Source: Diadema antillarum (Eukaryota). Taken from it: 64,000 nucleotides of DNA. Both the position numbers and the translations under genes were made by a program. The notes below the pieces were generated by a model. That model was given only the letters and a program-made list of their open reading frames with translations, did no database searches and had not been told where the DNA came from. Numbering within the stretch: position 1 is the first letter of the stretch; every line of letters begins with the position of its first letter. Positions 53,001 through 62,614 of this stretch are shown one piece after another. The stretch covers positions 5,022,001 to 5,086,000 of the forward strand of contig NW_027270964.1 of NCBI RefSeq assembly GCF_040938485.1, read 5' to 3'.

Positions 53001-56000
53001 CTCAAGAGTTTTGTGTCAATTGATTACCGATGTGGAAAGCTTTGTATGAGATGTTCCTTTGTACAGTATGTCCCAAAAAAAATTACAATCAAATTTTCGC
53101 ATTGATAACACCCAATATGATTAAACTGTCGAAATGCTACTTCAGGGTCTTAAAATATAACATCTTAGCTCTATTTTGCAGAAAACCCCATTCAATTTTG
53201 TTAAGCAGTCACAGAGAAATATGAAAAGTTGTAAAGCATGTCACGAGTCTGATTCTTCGAAGTTTAGCACTTCGATGTTTTTGTGTGTGAATACAATAGA
53301 CAGAACTTGGAGGGAAGAGATTCTTGACATCCTTTACAAAATTCCTCATTTCTCTTTGACCACTGAAGCAAATCGAATGGGGTTTTCTGCAAGATGTGAG
53401 CAATGAGTTATAGTTTCATACCCTCAATTTGTATTTCGATTGATTCACGACTTTTAAAGATATCATTGGGGAGGGTCCCGTTGTATTTTTTTTTTTTGGA
53501 ACATACGGTATATTTGAATAAAAGTGCAAAACTGAAGTTTGGAGATTTTGGTTTCTTGAAAATCGAGTTGGATTTGACTTTTTTGTGCAACAGGTGCTTA
53601 CTTTCATATCCCCAAACTCGAACCTTTATCATTGCAGCCCCTGAGCCGATACGGCACCTTCGCATCACCCCGTCTGCAACTGAGGTGCACCTGTCGTGGG
53701 ACCCGCCAGTCCAGTCAGCTTGCCCTCTCACCTACACCATCACTTACACAACGCAGGTGATTGACCAGTGTCTATCTCAGCTGGGTGAAACACACACATT
53801 ATCTACCGTCACTACTCGCACAGAGTACACCATCAGAGGCCTCAGACCGTTCTCCACTTACAGTGTGGAAGTCACAACCCGGAACTCGATCGGGCAGGGA
53901 CTTCCGGTCGGCAGCACATTCAGAACAGCCGAGTCAGGTAAGATGGCTCAGCTTCGGTTCTTTTTAAGTGAAAGTGTTATATAATATTCGAATACTGAAA
54001 CATACTTCAGCTTCCAGCTCTGCATGACACGCATTGAAAACATCTTGATGGCGACTTATCATAATCTTGGGATAAACCCGATCTATCTTGACTTGTCCTG
54101 TCATCTTGCAACTTTGAAGCCTAATCACTCATAATCTGTCGATATCAAAACTGCTAGATTGATGGTAAAAGTCACGAACGTTGTTTTTTTTTCGAAGGCG
54201 CCATCTTCCTAAAATGTCGCAATTTGTGTTGTCAAAGATTAAATTCTAACATCTTTGAAACCAGCAGTTAAAACACCAGAATATTAGTACTTGTACTTCT
54301 ACGATGCAATTCCCTGCGGGAATGAATTAGATGGATTTTTTGCTTTTTGTTTGTTTATTTGTTATGTCATGCACGACACGGTAATCAGTTACATCCTGGT
54401 TTTACTTATTTCGGAAATTACAATTAATACACAGTGGAGGGGTTATAGGAAAGTGCTATGTTCTGGGATACATAGCAGATGATCTTGGTAATGTTACCGC
54501 GGCTCTCTCTCTCCAAACCATCAGCTCCAGAAAATGTTACTCAGCTGACGGTTGTCAATGTGACGGAGCACAGCATCTCGTTGTCATGGGAACTCCAGTG
54601 TGGCAACAAGCATGGGGACATACTCCTCTTCAGCTACGCGCTCACCAATGAGAACGCGCCAGTGGCAGCACTCACAGAGGGGGAGACAGCCAGCAACGTG
54701 ACCGCCGTAACAATCGAGGAGCTAGCCGCCTGCACCCCGTACGAGTTCCGCGTCAAGGCGAGGAACTCTGCAGGCTACGGACGAACTGCTCTGGTTCACC
54801 ACATCCGCACGCTCGGAGAAGGTGCTTGTCTGACGGCCGTACTCAGTCCTGTAGATTTATGTGCTTCCGCTCGTACGTGCCCCCTGTCGAACGTAGAAAT
54901 GTTGGAAATGACAGTCATTCTAATAATCATCCCCACTGACACGCTTGCGCTCCTGTGCTGTGTCTTTTTGTGTTCACATCATTGCCCATAGTTCTTTCTT
55001 TGATTAACCCGCCACTAATTGAATGTGTCGCTGCATGGTTATCGTGACTGTTCGTGAAAAAGCGCATGATGGCATACACGGAAAACATAGATGTAATGGT
55101 TGTGCATGCCATTTTAGACTTTCAAACCGTAACAAATTTTAGTGATTAAACTGAACAGCACACTTCAATTCGTTAACTACTCACTGGAATATTTGCTCGA
55201 ATTGCAACATTTTATGATAGCTGCATGAGAGTCGTCCACGAATGTTGTTGAATATAGGAGCGGTGATAAAGGGTTATAAGTCTCCAAACAACCATTTTCA
55301 TACACAGTACCTGGTCAGATTGAGAACATGGCTGTACACACCTACCCGTCCCGTCCCTTCGAGGCCGATGTCACGTGGTCTCCACCGGAGGCCGTCAGCT
55401 GTCCAATCCTCTACTACAAGGTCTCCTACGTACTCCTCAACAAGGGCATGTGTGAAGCAGTCAGCAGCAGGCTGAGACAGTTGACCCACGCCGGAAATAC
55501 GTCACACTGGTTCATTCGTCTTTCTAACCTCCAACCCTTCTCCTCCTACGAGGTTTACGTCCAGGCGGTCAGTGACGCGGGAATGGCGCCGGTTGCTAAG
55601 AGACGGTTCCAAACACAGGCTGCAGGTGAGCAATGAATAGGCCTAATCTTTTTGATTGTGCTTGCCAATATTTTTTCATGATTTGCCATCGCCATGAAGG
55701 AGGGGAGCTGTCGATCCAAATCATTACGGTAAGGAACATAATAATGTTGCTTTTACATTTTGCCTTTACTGCCACCAGCTATACGTTACCATCCCAGGAA
55801 GACTTATAGGTGCTGTAAACAAGTGCACCATCTCAACCTCAGTCGGAACCACAACAGGGCAAGTCAGCCAGTACACATCGTTTATTATGTTAACAAGTAA
55901 ACATGTATTCTTCAGTAGGTGTAACATCTTTCCTCCTCAACAGTTCCCGCCCAGATCAAGCAGGTCACCCTGGGAGGACGGGGTCAAAGTAGCCTCAGGT

Positions 56001-56265
56001 TTCGCTGGAGAGCACTGGAGTGTGGCAGGCGGCATGGACCGGAAGTCGTGTATCATTATCGTCTGGAAGCTGCTTCTGGTGGGGTGAAGCATGGTCAGGT
56101 GCACGAACCCCAAGCGCAGGTGACGGTACCTGGATTGATGCCTTGTGAGACGTACACGTTCAATGTGTGGGGCGAAACCATGGCTGGCATTGGTCCAACC
56201 AGCTCGACAGTCAGTGCTGGAACAGCGCCCTCACGTGAGTGTTATTAATCTCCGCCCCCCCCCCC

Positions 56266-56305
<40 letters not shown>

Positions 56306-59300
56306 TTTCTCATTCATTGTCAATAGAGTGTGAGATGTAAGAACTCACTTCATCGTTACTGAAGTCAATGCAGACAGTTTGACGACTAAAGCCCCTTTTT
56401 AACATTTTTAACAATTTGGCGACAACGTTCGGAGAATTAAATTCCTCTAAAACTTCCGAAAAAGCCGCATGACAGAGCGAGGGGTACCGTTTTAACAGAT
56501 AGGCCTATACACACAAGAACCTTATACCCGGGTAGGTTTCCTCTAAGGGGGTGTGTCCAACGATGCAACTGCCAGTCCTACCTGCCAGCGCCGCCTATTG
56601 TTCTGGATTGTGCAAATGTCAACTACGTAGAGATCAGTGGTTACAGTCCACTCACGTGATCGGCATGTGGCCTGTCAGTCAGTCTTTGTCTGCAATGTCC
56701 CCATGTGGGTCAAGTGTATCAAAGGAATGTTACCGCACTTGCGTTCTAGTAGAAAGGGTGAAGCGGTATTGTCAGGGTAAAGCTAGGGAAGAATTTGACA
56801 AAAGTTACCGCGACGACGTTCGAGCAACACTTTTGAGGGACTGTTTTAACAGGGCACGCTGAAAAAAACAAAACGAAGATTACTCCGATGTTACCCGGCC
56901 CTTGCTGCGGTAACTCTAGTTGAAAGGCTCTGCTAAAACAGGGCTTTAGATTTGGAACTGTGTCTGGTTTATAGCACTATGTCTTCTATGTACCCACTAT
57001 GAAGTAGGCCTAAACATAATTTGTGATTTAAATAGCCTTCTGTAGGTAAGTACAAAAGAACATTAGTAACAGTTTGGATGAAGACACAGTCACTTATTCC
57101 TCTTTAAAATAAAGATAGTTATGGTTCGTAGTATGGATAAAGACAATCACAAAACTTTACCAGATTTCATATTCTGTCCAGGTAAAATGTGGCATTAAAT
57201 GTTCTTGTATCCTAGCTCCTGGACCCGTGACATCACTTGACGTCAATACCTTGGGCTCTTCTTCGCTCAATGTGACGTGGAGGCCGCCCTCTAGCCTTCC
57301 TTGCCCCATCGTCGGCTACGGCGTGCGGTACTACGCCACCGACAAGGACCAGTGCAACGCCCCAGCCCTACTGCTTGAGAGTCAGACCGCCGATGTGGAG
57401 ACTACGGAACACTCAGCAGTACTGTACGGTCTCGCACCATTTACCACGTATAATGTGACCGTGTGGGCTCGAACCCGGGCCCCCGAAGCTGGCCTTGAGG
57501 AGCTCACCTCCATTATCACTTCCCAGGATGGTGAGAAAGCGCCCTCATTTGGCCCATTTCTCCCGCAGTCTCTCCAAATGTCTGGCTTGATGAAATTACC
57601 TACTCTGTGAACGATCGTTAGTTCCGAGCTGACCGATATCTTGACCAATAAGTACAATAAAGTACAATATTCAGTACTATATTTGACTATCCTTTTTTTT
57701 ATAGAAATGGCAAGAAAAAGTCAACGCCTCAATCTTTTTTTTTTTCCTGGAGAAGTTAAACTGCTGAGTTTATCTCCCCTAGAATCGGATCCTCTATAAC
57801 AATATGCTCTTGATGAATGGAAACATCTTTCATAGTTCAAGCATGTTATAGCATCTTCTAGCACAGTCGCAATTTCTGCTCAAGTCAAAGCAAAACTCTC
57901 GTTGAACATTTTGCACACTCTCAAGCAGTTGTCTGCCAACAATACATCTAGGTGCAATTTCACGATCCTCTACCTGTTTTTATACTTCACGTTATTTACC
58001 AGCATCACATTCAACTGATATTTCATACAGCCATACAGTACTATTTTACGACGCAGACTAGTCAATCAGTTGCAATGAAAGCAGACTAGTTGTTTGTCGC
58101 CCTCTTCGTCACAAAATATCCATTTACCTCTCTGCTGTTTACTGCTTTAGACCAAGAAATTGATAGCTGTCTGCAGAGCCGTCAAGTCTTGAGTTAATTT
58201 GTTCTGCGATCAAACTCTTTACGTGCAACAAAGAATGTCTCTCTCAGCATTACTGATTAATTGATGTCAGTCACATCCTTTGCATCCATTTATTCCTCAC
58301 ACAGCCCCAACAGCGTCCCCTATAGTCAATGAGGCGACATCCTTCCTCACCAACCCGAACAAGCTCAACATATCTTGGGACGAGGTTCCGTGCGGTCATC
58401 GTCGGGGGAACATCTCCTTCTACTCCTACGACCTCGAGTCGATGGACGATAATGTCCGTAAGGCGAAGACCAGCAAGATCCCCGCTTTCAAGCGCTGGGT
58501 GACCCTCGACGATTTGGAGCCGTGTGAGAGTTATAACTTCCGGGTCAGAGCCCGCACTAAGAAGGGATGGGGTCCGTACAGCAGCTGGAAGAAGCTCACA
58601 GTGGACGCTGTTGGTTAGTGCACTCATCTCAGAACAAACTTTGAAAGGTTACGTATATTAGCACCTAAACAAAACAATGATTCTTTCTCGACGAAAAACA
58701 AGGGAAAGAAACTGGGTTTTTTAAAGAATATCCTTAGCCAGTCTTCACCAAACTCAAAAGTGATGACTTACGAATAAGAAATATTAACCTGTTGAAGACT
58801 AGTCCAGAGTATTCCTCTAGCTGGGGTGAATGGGAAATGCGTGTTATAGGAATATCGGTCTGTCTTAAACGGGTTAAATGTTCGATATCACAGATATATT
58901 TGATAGGACTGCATTGATGACATTTTATTCCTGTCTCTCCTCTAGTGTCTGGACCTGTGCACATTGTCGTTGCTGAAACGAGCAGCACCAACCCCACCTC
59001 TATCCGGCTGTCATGGCAACCGCCGCCCAATCAGAAATGTCCAATCAGCAACTACGTTGTAAAGTATCGCCTGGTGCGCGAGGACCGATGTCTTGTGGAC
59101 GATGATTGGCCAATCGAGGAGTTGAGCGTGGAGGCCGATCACACGGACGTCGAGATCAACCTGCTGAAGCCCTTCTCCACCTACGAGCTCAATGTCTTTG
59201 CCGCCTCGGACGCAGGCAATGGATCGATGGCTACGGTGGTCGTCCAAACCGGAGAAACAGGTCAGTTCACCCAGATTACATCATGGCAGAATATTGCAGA

Positions 59301-62300
59301 ATGATGGGTTCAGGACTGTGTCCACTCACTTGTGTCACGTCACTCTGATAAAGGTGATAGTGCAATGACCTCATGACTACGATAGAAATATTTGCACTAC
59401 ATCATGTAAGACAAATATCATCACAGTGACTACGAATCAATGTTCGCGCACTTTTAGTGCTTCTCCGCGAAACGCTTCACGTTCCTTTGATGTGCCAAGG
59501 AAGTTTTGATGAAGTGAAATGTCACCCTCATTCACTTAATGTTATGATTTTTATTCTCCGTCAAATTTACCACCGCATGTCCATTCAAATCTAGCACCGC
59601 AGCTGGGTAGGTATGGCAAGGTACTCCTGACGTCTAGCTAAATAAGTTAATCCTTTAGTCAAGATCACAAGTTTTCCCTAAATGCTGAAGACCAACTTTT
59701 CGAGGATATGGTAAAACATTTCTCTTCCTCACGTTGCATTTCCTTGTCCATAAAAAGTTGAGGCATATATAATTTATGGTTTATTCTTCTTCTTTTTCGG
59801 CTGGTCCACTGAATCTCCGCTAACAAGTAATAATGATACTGTATCATTGTGAAAACAACAACAACAACCTTTAGAAAGGTTGCCGAAAAGATGTATGTCT
59901 TATTTGAAAGGTAAAATTAAAGCGTTGCATTCAAATTAGGTGCATAAAACCAGAAATGGTTTCTCAAATGTTGTCGAATTCTCTTTGACCAATTTTGTTG
60001 GTAGAGAGTGTACATGATGTCTGCTTGTAACTCCACAGTACCCACAGACGCGCCAGAAGCAGTGACTGTGGATTTGATAACAGCGCGGGAAATTGAATAT
60101 TCATGGAGGGAGCCCCCTTGCGGTGGGAGACACGGTGACATGGTACACTACGAATATCGACTGTTGAACACGAGAGACGGTAGCTCAGTGAACGCCACCA
60201 CTCCGGACACTTCCATTCGGTTCGGTTTACTCATTCCGTTTACCGAATACCGGTTTCGAGTGCGGGCGTCTACCGCTCGCGGCTTCGGACCGCTTTCCGA
60301 GGAATTGGTGTCACAGACATTGGTTGCACGTAAGTGTGCCACTTTTGTGCTCATGTTGATTTGTTTATCATCTGCAGACTTCTCAATTTCATGAAAAAAA
60401 AATGATAATGAGGATATAGCGTAATATGGACGTTTAACTTTCATACGTTTACAAAGGTTTGCAATAAATCGTAAAGTAATGCAGGACTCTTGTCCTTTTT
60501 CTTTTCTTGCCCTCTTTTCTGAAGTCCCTTCTTTCTTTGACGGTCTTTTTCAGCAATCTTGCGAAAGAAAATATCACTAAATTTTTTTGTCGAAGCAATA
60601 ATTCCATGACATGAAATCAAGAAAACCCTTTGTTTATAACTACTGTGATGATTGTTCCTAATATGAGGCTGGAATATTAGACTCCCGGATTTATTCGATA
60701 CTTCTGCGATGAGATTATAATTCGTAGTGCCCGATGATATTGGGAGATCTCTGCATTTATTACGTTTCCCACAGCCGTTAATTGTTTTTAGCAAAATAAC
60801 CTAATATCAAACTTGATTGTAACAAGAAACAAACAGACATAGTAGGAGGATCAGTGCTCATTGTAATGTGACTTTGAATGATTTATTCCACTTGCAGCCC
60901 CGCCTAAACCCAGGGAGGTGAAAGTGATTGGGATCGGTGAGACCAATGTCACGATCCAATGGAGCAAGCCAGATCCTCCACATGGTATCATCACTGAGTA
61001 CGCGGTATGTAGCACGATCCACGTCAATAGTGACGTCGATCATGAGTTTTTTTATATTGTATGTTATATAATGTATTATACGTATATTGTATATCACATA
61101 TTATGCGTATGTGAGATATGAGAACGGGAGGAGAAATCGGTGCGTAGCTTTGACATCATTATTCCTCTTACTGTTCCTCCTTTTTGGAAAAGCGCAAGAG
61201 TTGAAAAATTGGTCTCCGCCGGGAATCGAACCCGGGTCTTTGGCATGGAACGCCAACGCCTTAACCGCTCGGCCACGGAGACGTCATAGCGATTCAGGCA
61301 GACCCAAGCTCGAATACCCGACGGACCAACCTTTCAACTCTTTAGCATACGTTCCTTTTGGGGGCAGAGAGTTATGAATAACAACCAACCTCGTGCCTCA
61401 GCTGGATATGGGATGAGATTCACGTAGCGGTGAATTGGAGTAATGTTTTTGCGAAAGAAGTCACCGCTACAACAGCTTTTTGGCTTCTCATATTATGCAT
61501 TATATATTACAGAAATTGTTGTATTTGAAGAGACTTGCTTCCAAAATGCGCTGAATCCATCAGCGTCTTTTGGAAGTAAGCTCTTCATATAATGTATTTC
61601 GTATTATATAATTATTACATACAATACATTTAATGTCTGATTTATTTACCTTCATATGGTGCATTTATTAAAGTAAAATGATACTCTTGATGGTTTATGA
61701 TTGGCATGTAATTGTGCCAATATGCCAATAAGTTGTTCCGATTATCCTTTAAAAAATAAAAAGCTTTCAAGTTTCGGACAGACCTTCAATTTAATCATAA
61801 ACTTATGCTGGACAAATGATCTCAAAGCATTTTTTGCGTATCGTTTGTGACCTTGAATCTATAATATACATAAATCGTAGGCCTATATTACGATATTGAC
61901 ATCGATATTGTGATGTGTAGGGAATATACATTCTTTTTTTTTCAGCAATCCCACTTTATCTGATTATTAGCAATCAGGAGCCCGTTGTATAAAAGTTACA
62001 ATTATGGTAACTTTGCCATCCAATGGTAACTTCCATGGACTTCTTGATTTTGATTGGCTGTTGAGTATTGTTGCCATGGTAGTTACCATTGGATGACAAA
62101 GTTACCATAATGGTAACTTTTATGCAACGGGCCCCAGGCAACAACGATACAATGCACAATGTAGGAATATGATGTACAATGTATTTAATGATGTTCATCT
62201 ATATACGCCTGTCTGCCCTTCCTTCATTCCCAAGGAGACTGCCTCTGTAATTCTTATCCATTCCATGTATTCCTTTCACATTCTCCAATCTGTCCAAGTT

Positions 62301-62553
62301 TTCATACTCTCGAACGACATTCAGTTTCCCCTTGCTACATCCGAAAGCTGCTCTTCATTAACCAAAGACGATCGTTGAAAAGCAATGACTCAAAGTTCAA
62401 AATTTGTATCTTGCCGATCTCATACAGGTTCAGTATTGGCGCAAGACGGAGTCGAAGCCAAACCACACGGTAGAGTTTACCATCAGGTCAGACGACGACG
62501 AGGTCAACGTGTCCATTTCTAACCTCACACCATACACAGCTTACGTCATTCAG
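37689..62553 (+). CDS. Partial multi-exon gene: Tie/angiopoietin-1-receptor-like ectodomain (2 Ig, 3 EGF/laminin-EGF, Ig, at least 12 FN3); receptor kinase or receptor phosphatase, 5' and 3' ends not resolved
   Basis: 20 exons with AG/GT boundaries join in one reading frame without a stop (4883 nt). The domain order Ig-Ig-EGF3-Ig-FN3 is the Tie architecture. FN3-1 carries DIGDGPVIAY and IRPGPGGEG, motifs typical of the first FN3 of Tie-like proteins. Confidence 0.92.
38319..38561 (+). CDS. Exon: Ig-like domain 2 (LRVRPFKR...VIWRKH...DAGLYECH...IMEVIVR)
   Basis: Pyrimidine tract plus ag, GTGAGT donor, 243 nt, phase 1-1, Ig DxGxYxC motif. Confidence 0.92.
40323..40454 (+). CDS. Exon: EGF-like 1 (ACPAGFWGEAC...GFMGRHCEN)
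   Basis: (ct)n-ccag acceptor, GTGAGT donor, 132 nt, 8 Cys. Confidence 0.93.
42080..42330 (-). mobile_element. Possible decayed LINE reverse-transcriptase fragment
   Basis: Minus frame TFSGDTELFFSN resembles LFADDTNLFFS; heavily degraded. Confidence 0.3.
43320..43460 (-). mobile_element. LINE 3' tail
   Basis: Minus strand AATAAA directly followed by about five TTGAA units. Confidence 0.5.
43879..44031 (+). CDS. Exon: EGF-like 2 (ALGSDVFGQLGQFQC...CSCAAGFSGWDCKE)
   Basis: ttacctctag acceptor, GTTGGT donor, 153 nt, phase 1-1, 6 Cys; not fully captured by the ORF track. Confidence 0.9.
44190..44430 (-). mobile_element. tRNA-derived SINE with central core
   Basis: Minus strand TGTGGAGCAATGG (A box), GAGTTCGATTCCC (B box), then CTCTCGACCAAAGTGTATAAGTGGGTACC. 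Confidence 0.75.
44580..45255. mobile_element. Kolobok-like MITE (copy 3) interrupted by about 320 bp
   Basis: TTAA|AGGGATCGTATAGT ... ACTGTACCATCCCT|TTAA; 676 bp versus about 390 bp for the other copies. Confidence 0.82.
45496..45633 (+). CDS. Exon: EGF-like 3 (ACTNGTFGADCEQKCHC...GWTGDTCQ)
   Basis: gtcag acceptor, GTTTGT donor, 138 nt, 8 Cys; lies in a different frame from ORF 45481. Confidence 0.9.
46228..46518 (+). CDS. Exon: Ig-like domain 3 (VPVQRLISF...VSLSCTA...NFTCNL...VSGH)
   Basis: tttttgtag acceptor, GTAGGT donor, 291 nt, phase 1-1. Confidence 0.9.
46805..47053. mobile_element. MITE, about 32-bp TIR, AAAG on both flanks
   Basis: CTGCCCTACTTTGGCAAAAGGAAGCAAGTGACA / TGTCACTTGCTTCCTTTTGCCGAAGTAGGGCAG. 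Confidence 0.82.
47982..48296 (+). CDS. Exon: FN3-1, Tie-type (ELPVLSRPP...DIGDGPVIAY...RPGPGGEG...RTSCP)
   Basis: tttgttcacag acceptor, GTGAGT donor, 315 nt. Confidence 0.95.
49410..49736 (+). CDS. Exon: FN3-2 (type A)
   Basis: tctccacag acceptor, GTAAGA donor, 327 nt, LHEYSTYRVTV motif. Confidence 0.92.
50378..50555 (+). CDS. Exon: FN3-3 N-terminal half (type B)
   Basis: tgtacag acceptor, GTAAGG donor in phase 2, SWGDVPCGHRKG. Confidence 0.9.
51530..51715. repeat. (ATT)n / (AGT)n / (AGC)n compound tract
   Basis: Direct reading. Confidence 0.9.
52208..52320 (+). CDS. Exon: FN3-3 C-terminal half
   Basis: gattcag acceptor in phase 2, GTGAGA donor; FQNILECTLYNFTIAAYNAQGVGPYS; 178+113=291 nt restores the frame. 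Confidence 0.9.
53064..53508. mobile_element. Tc1/mariner-type MITE, TA TSD
   Basis: TA|CAGTATGTCCCAAAAAAAATTACAA ... TTGTATTTTTTTTTTTTGGAACATACGG|TA. Confidence 0.85.
53638..53937 (+). CDS. Exon: FN3-4 (type A)
   Basis: attgcag acceptor, GTAAGA donor, 300 nt, LSWDPP and LRPFSTYSVEV. Confidence 0.93.
54525..54821 (+). CDS. Exon: FN3-5 (type B)
   Basis: catcag acceptor, weak GTGCTT donor, 297 nt, CTPYEFRVKARNSAGYG. Confidence 0.88.
55308..55625 (+). CDS. Exon: FN3-6 (type A)
   Basis: tacacag acceptor, GTGAGC donor, 318 nt, LQPFSSYEVYV. Confidence 0.92.
55944..56234 (+). CDS. Exon: FN3-7 (type B)
   Basis: cctcaacag acceptor, GTGAGT donor, 291 nt; FRWRALECGRRHG and LMPCETYTFNV. Confidence 0.92.
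56387..56948. mobile_element. Non-autonomous DNA transposon with short TIRs
   Basis: CTAAAGCCCCTTTTTA / TAAAACAGGGCTTTAG; GC-richer interior with repeated TTTTAACAG. Confidence 0.55.
57216..57530 (+). CDS. Exon: FN3-8 (type A)
   Basis: tatcctag acceptor, GTGAGA donor, 315 nt, LAPFTTYNVTV. Confidence 0.93.
58305..58613 (+). CDS. Exon: FN3-9 (type B)
   Basis: cacacag acceptor, GTTAGT donor, 309 nt, SWDEVPCGHRRG and LEPCESYNFRVRA. Confidence 0.93.
58946..59260 (+). CDS. Exon: FN3-10 (type A)
   Basis: ctcctctag acceptor, GTCAGT donor, 315 nt, LKPFSTYELNV. Confidence 0.93.
60039..60329 (+). CDS. Exon: FN3-11 (type B, lacks the second Cys)
   Basis: ctccacag acceptor, GTAAGT donor, 291 nt, SWREPPCGGRHG and LIPFTEYRFRV. 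Confidence 0.93.
60898..61004 (+). CDS. Exon: FN3-12 part 1 (PPPKPREVKV...QWSKPDPPHGIITEYA)
   Basis: cttgcag acceptor, GTATGT donor in phase 0. Confidence 0.88.
61211..61282 (-). tRNA. tRNA-like cloverleaf, anticodon TCC (Gly), non-canonical; either a functional tRNA or a young tRNA-derived SINE head
   Basis: GTCTCCG TG GCC GAGCGGTTAA GGC G TTGGC GTTCCAT GCCAA AGAC CCGGG TTCGATT CCCGG CGGAGAC C. All four stems are Watson-Crick paired, A and B boxes are intact, and a T5 run lies 2 nt downstream. Confidence 0.6.
61978..62134. mobile_element. PIF/Harbinger-type palindromic MITE, TSD CAG
   Basis: CAG|GAGCCCGTTGTATAAAAGTTAC ... GTAACTTTTATGCAACGGGCCC|CAG, TGATTGGCTG core. Confidence 0.85.
62428..62553 (+). 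CDS. Exon: FN3-12 part 2 (VQYWRK...ISNLTPYTAYVIQ)
   Basis: catacag acceptor, GTATGT donor, 126 nt, phase 0-0; the domain is unfinished, so the gene continues past the window. Confidence 0.88.
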
Positions 62554-62614
62554 GTATGTGCATCCACTGTGATGGCGAGAAACAGTTCATCAATGAGGGG
62601 AAACTCATCACTAT

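Noticed and set aside
47879-60444. Minus-strand ORFs overlapping the FN3 exons (47879, 53408, 55298, 57382, 58271, 59011, 60148)
   Set aside because: Antisense shadows of GC-rich coding exons.
37689-62553. Assigning the symbol TIE1/TEK or a specific PTPR
   Set aside because: The catalytic domain is outside the window, the FN3 count differs from vertebrate Tie, and orthology cannot be established by eye.
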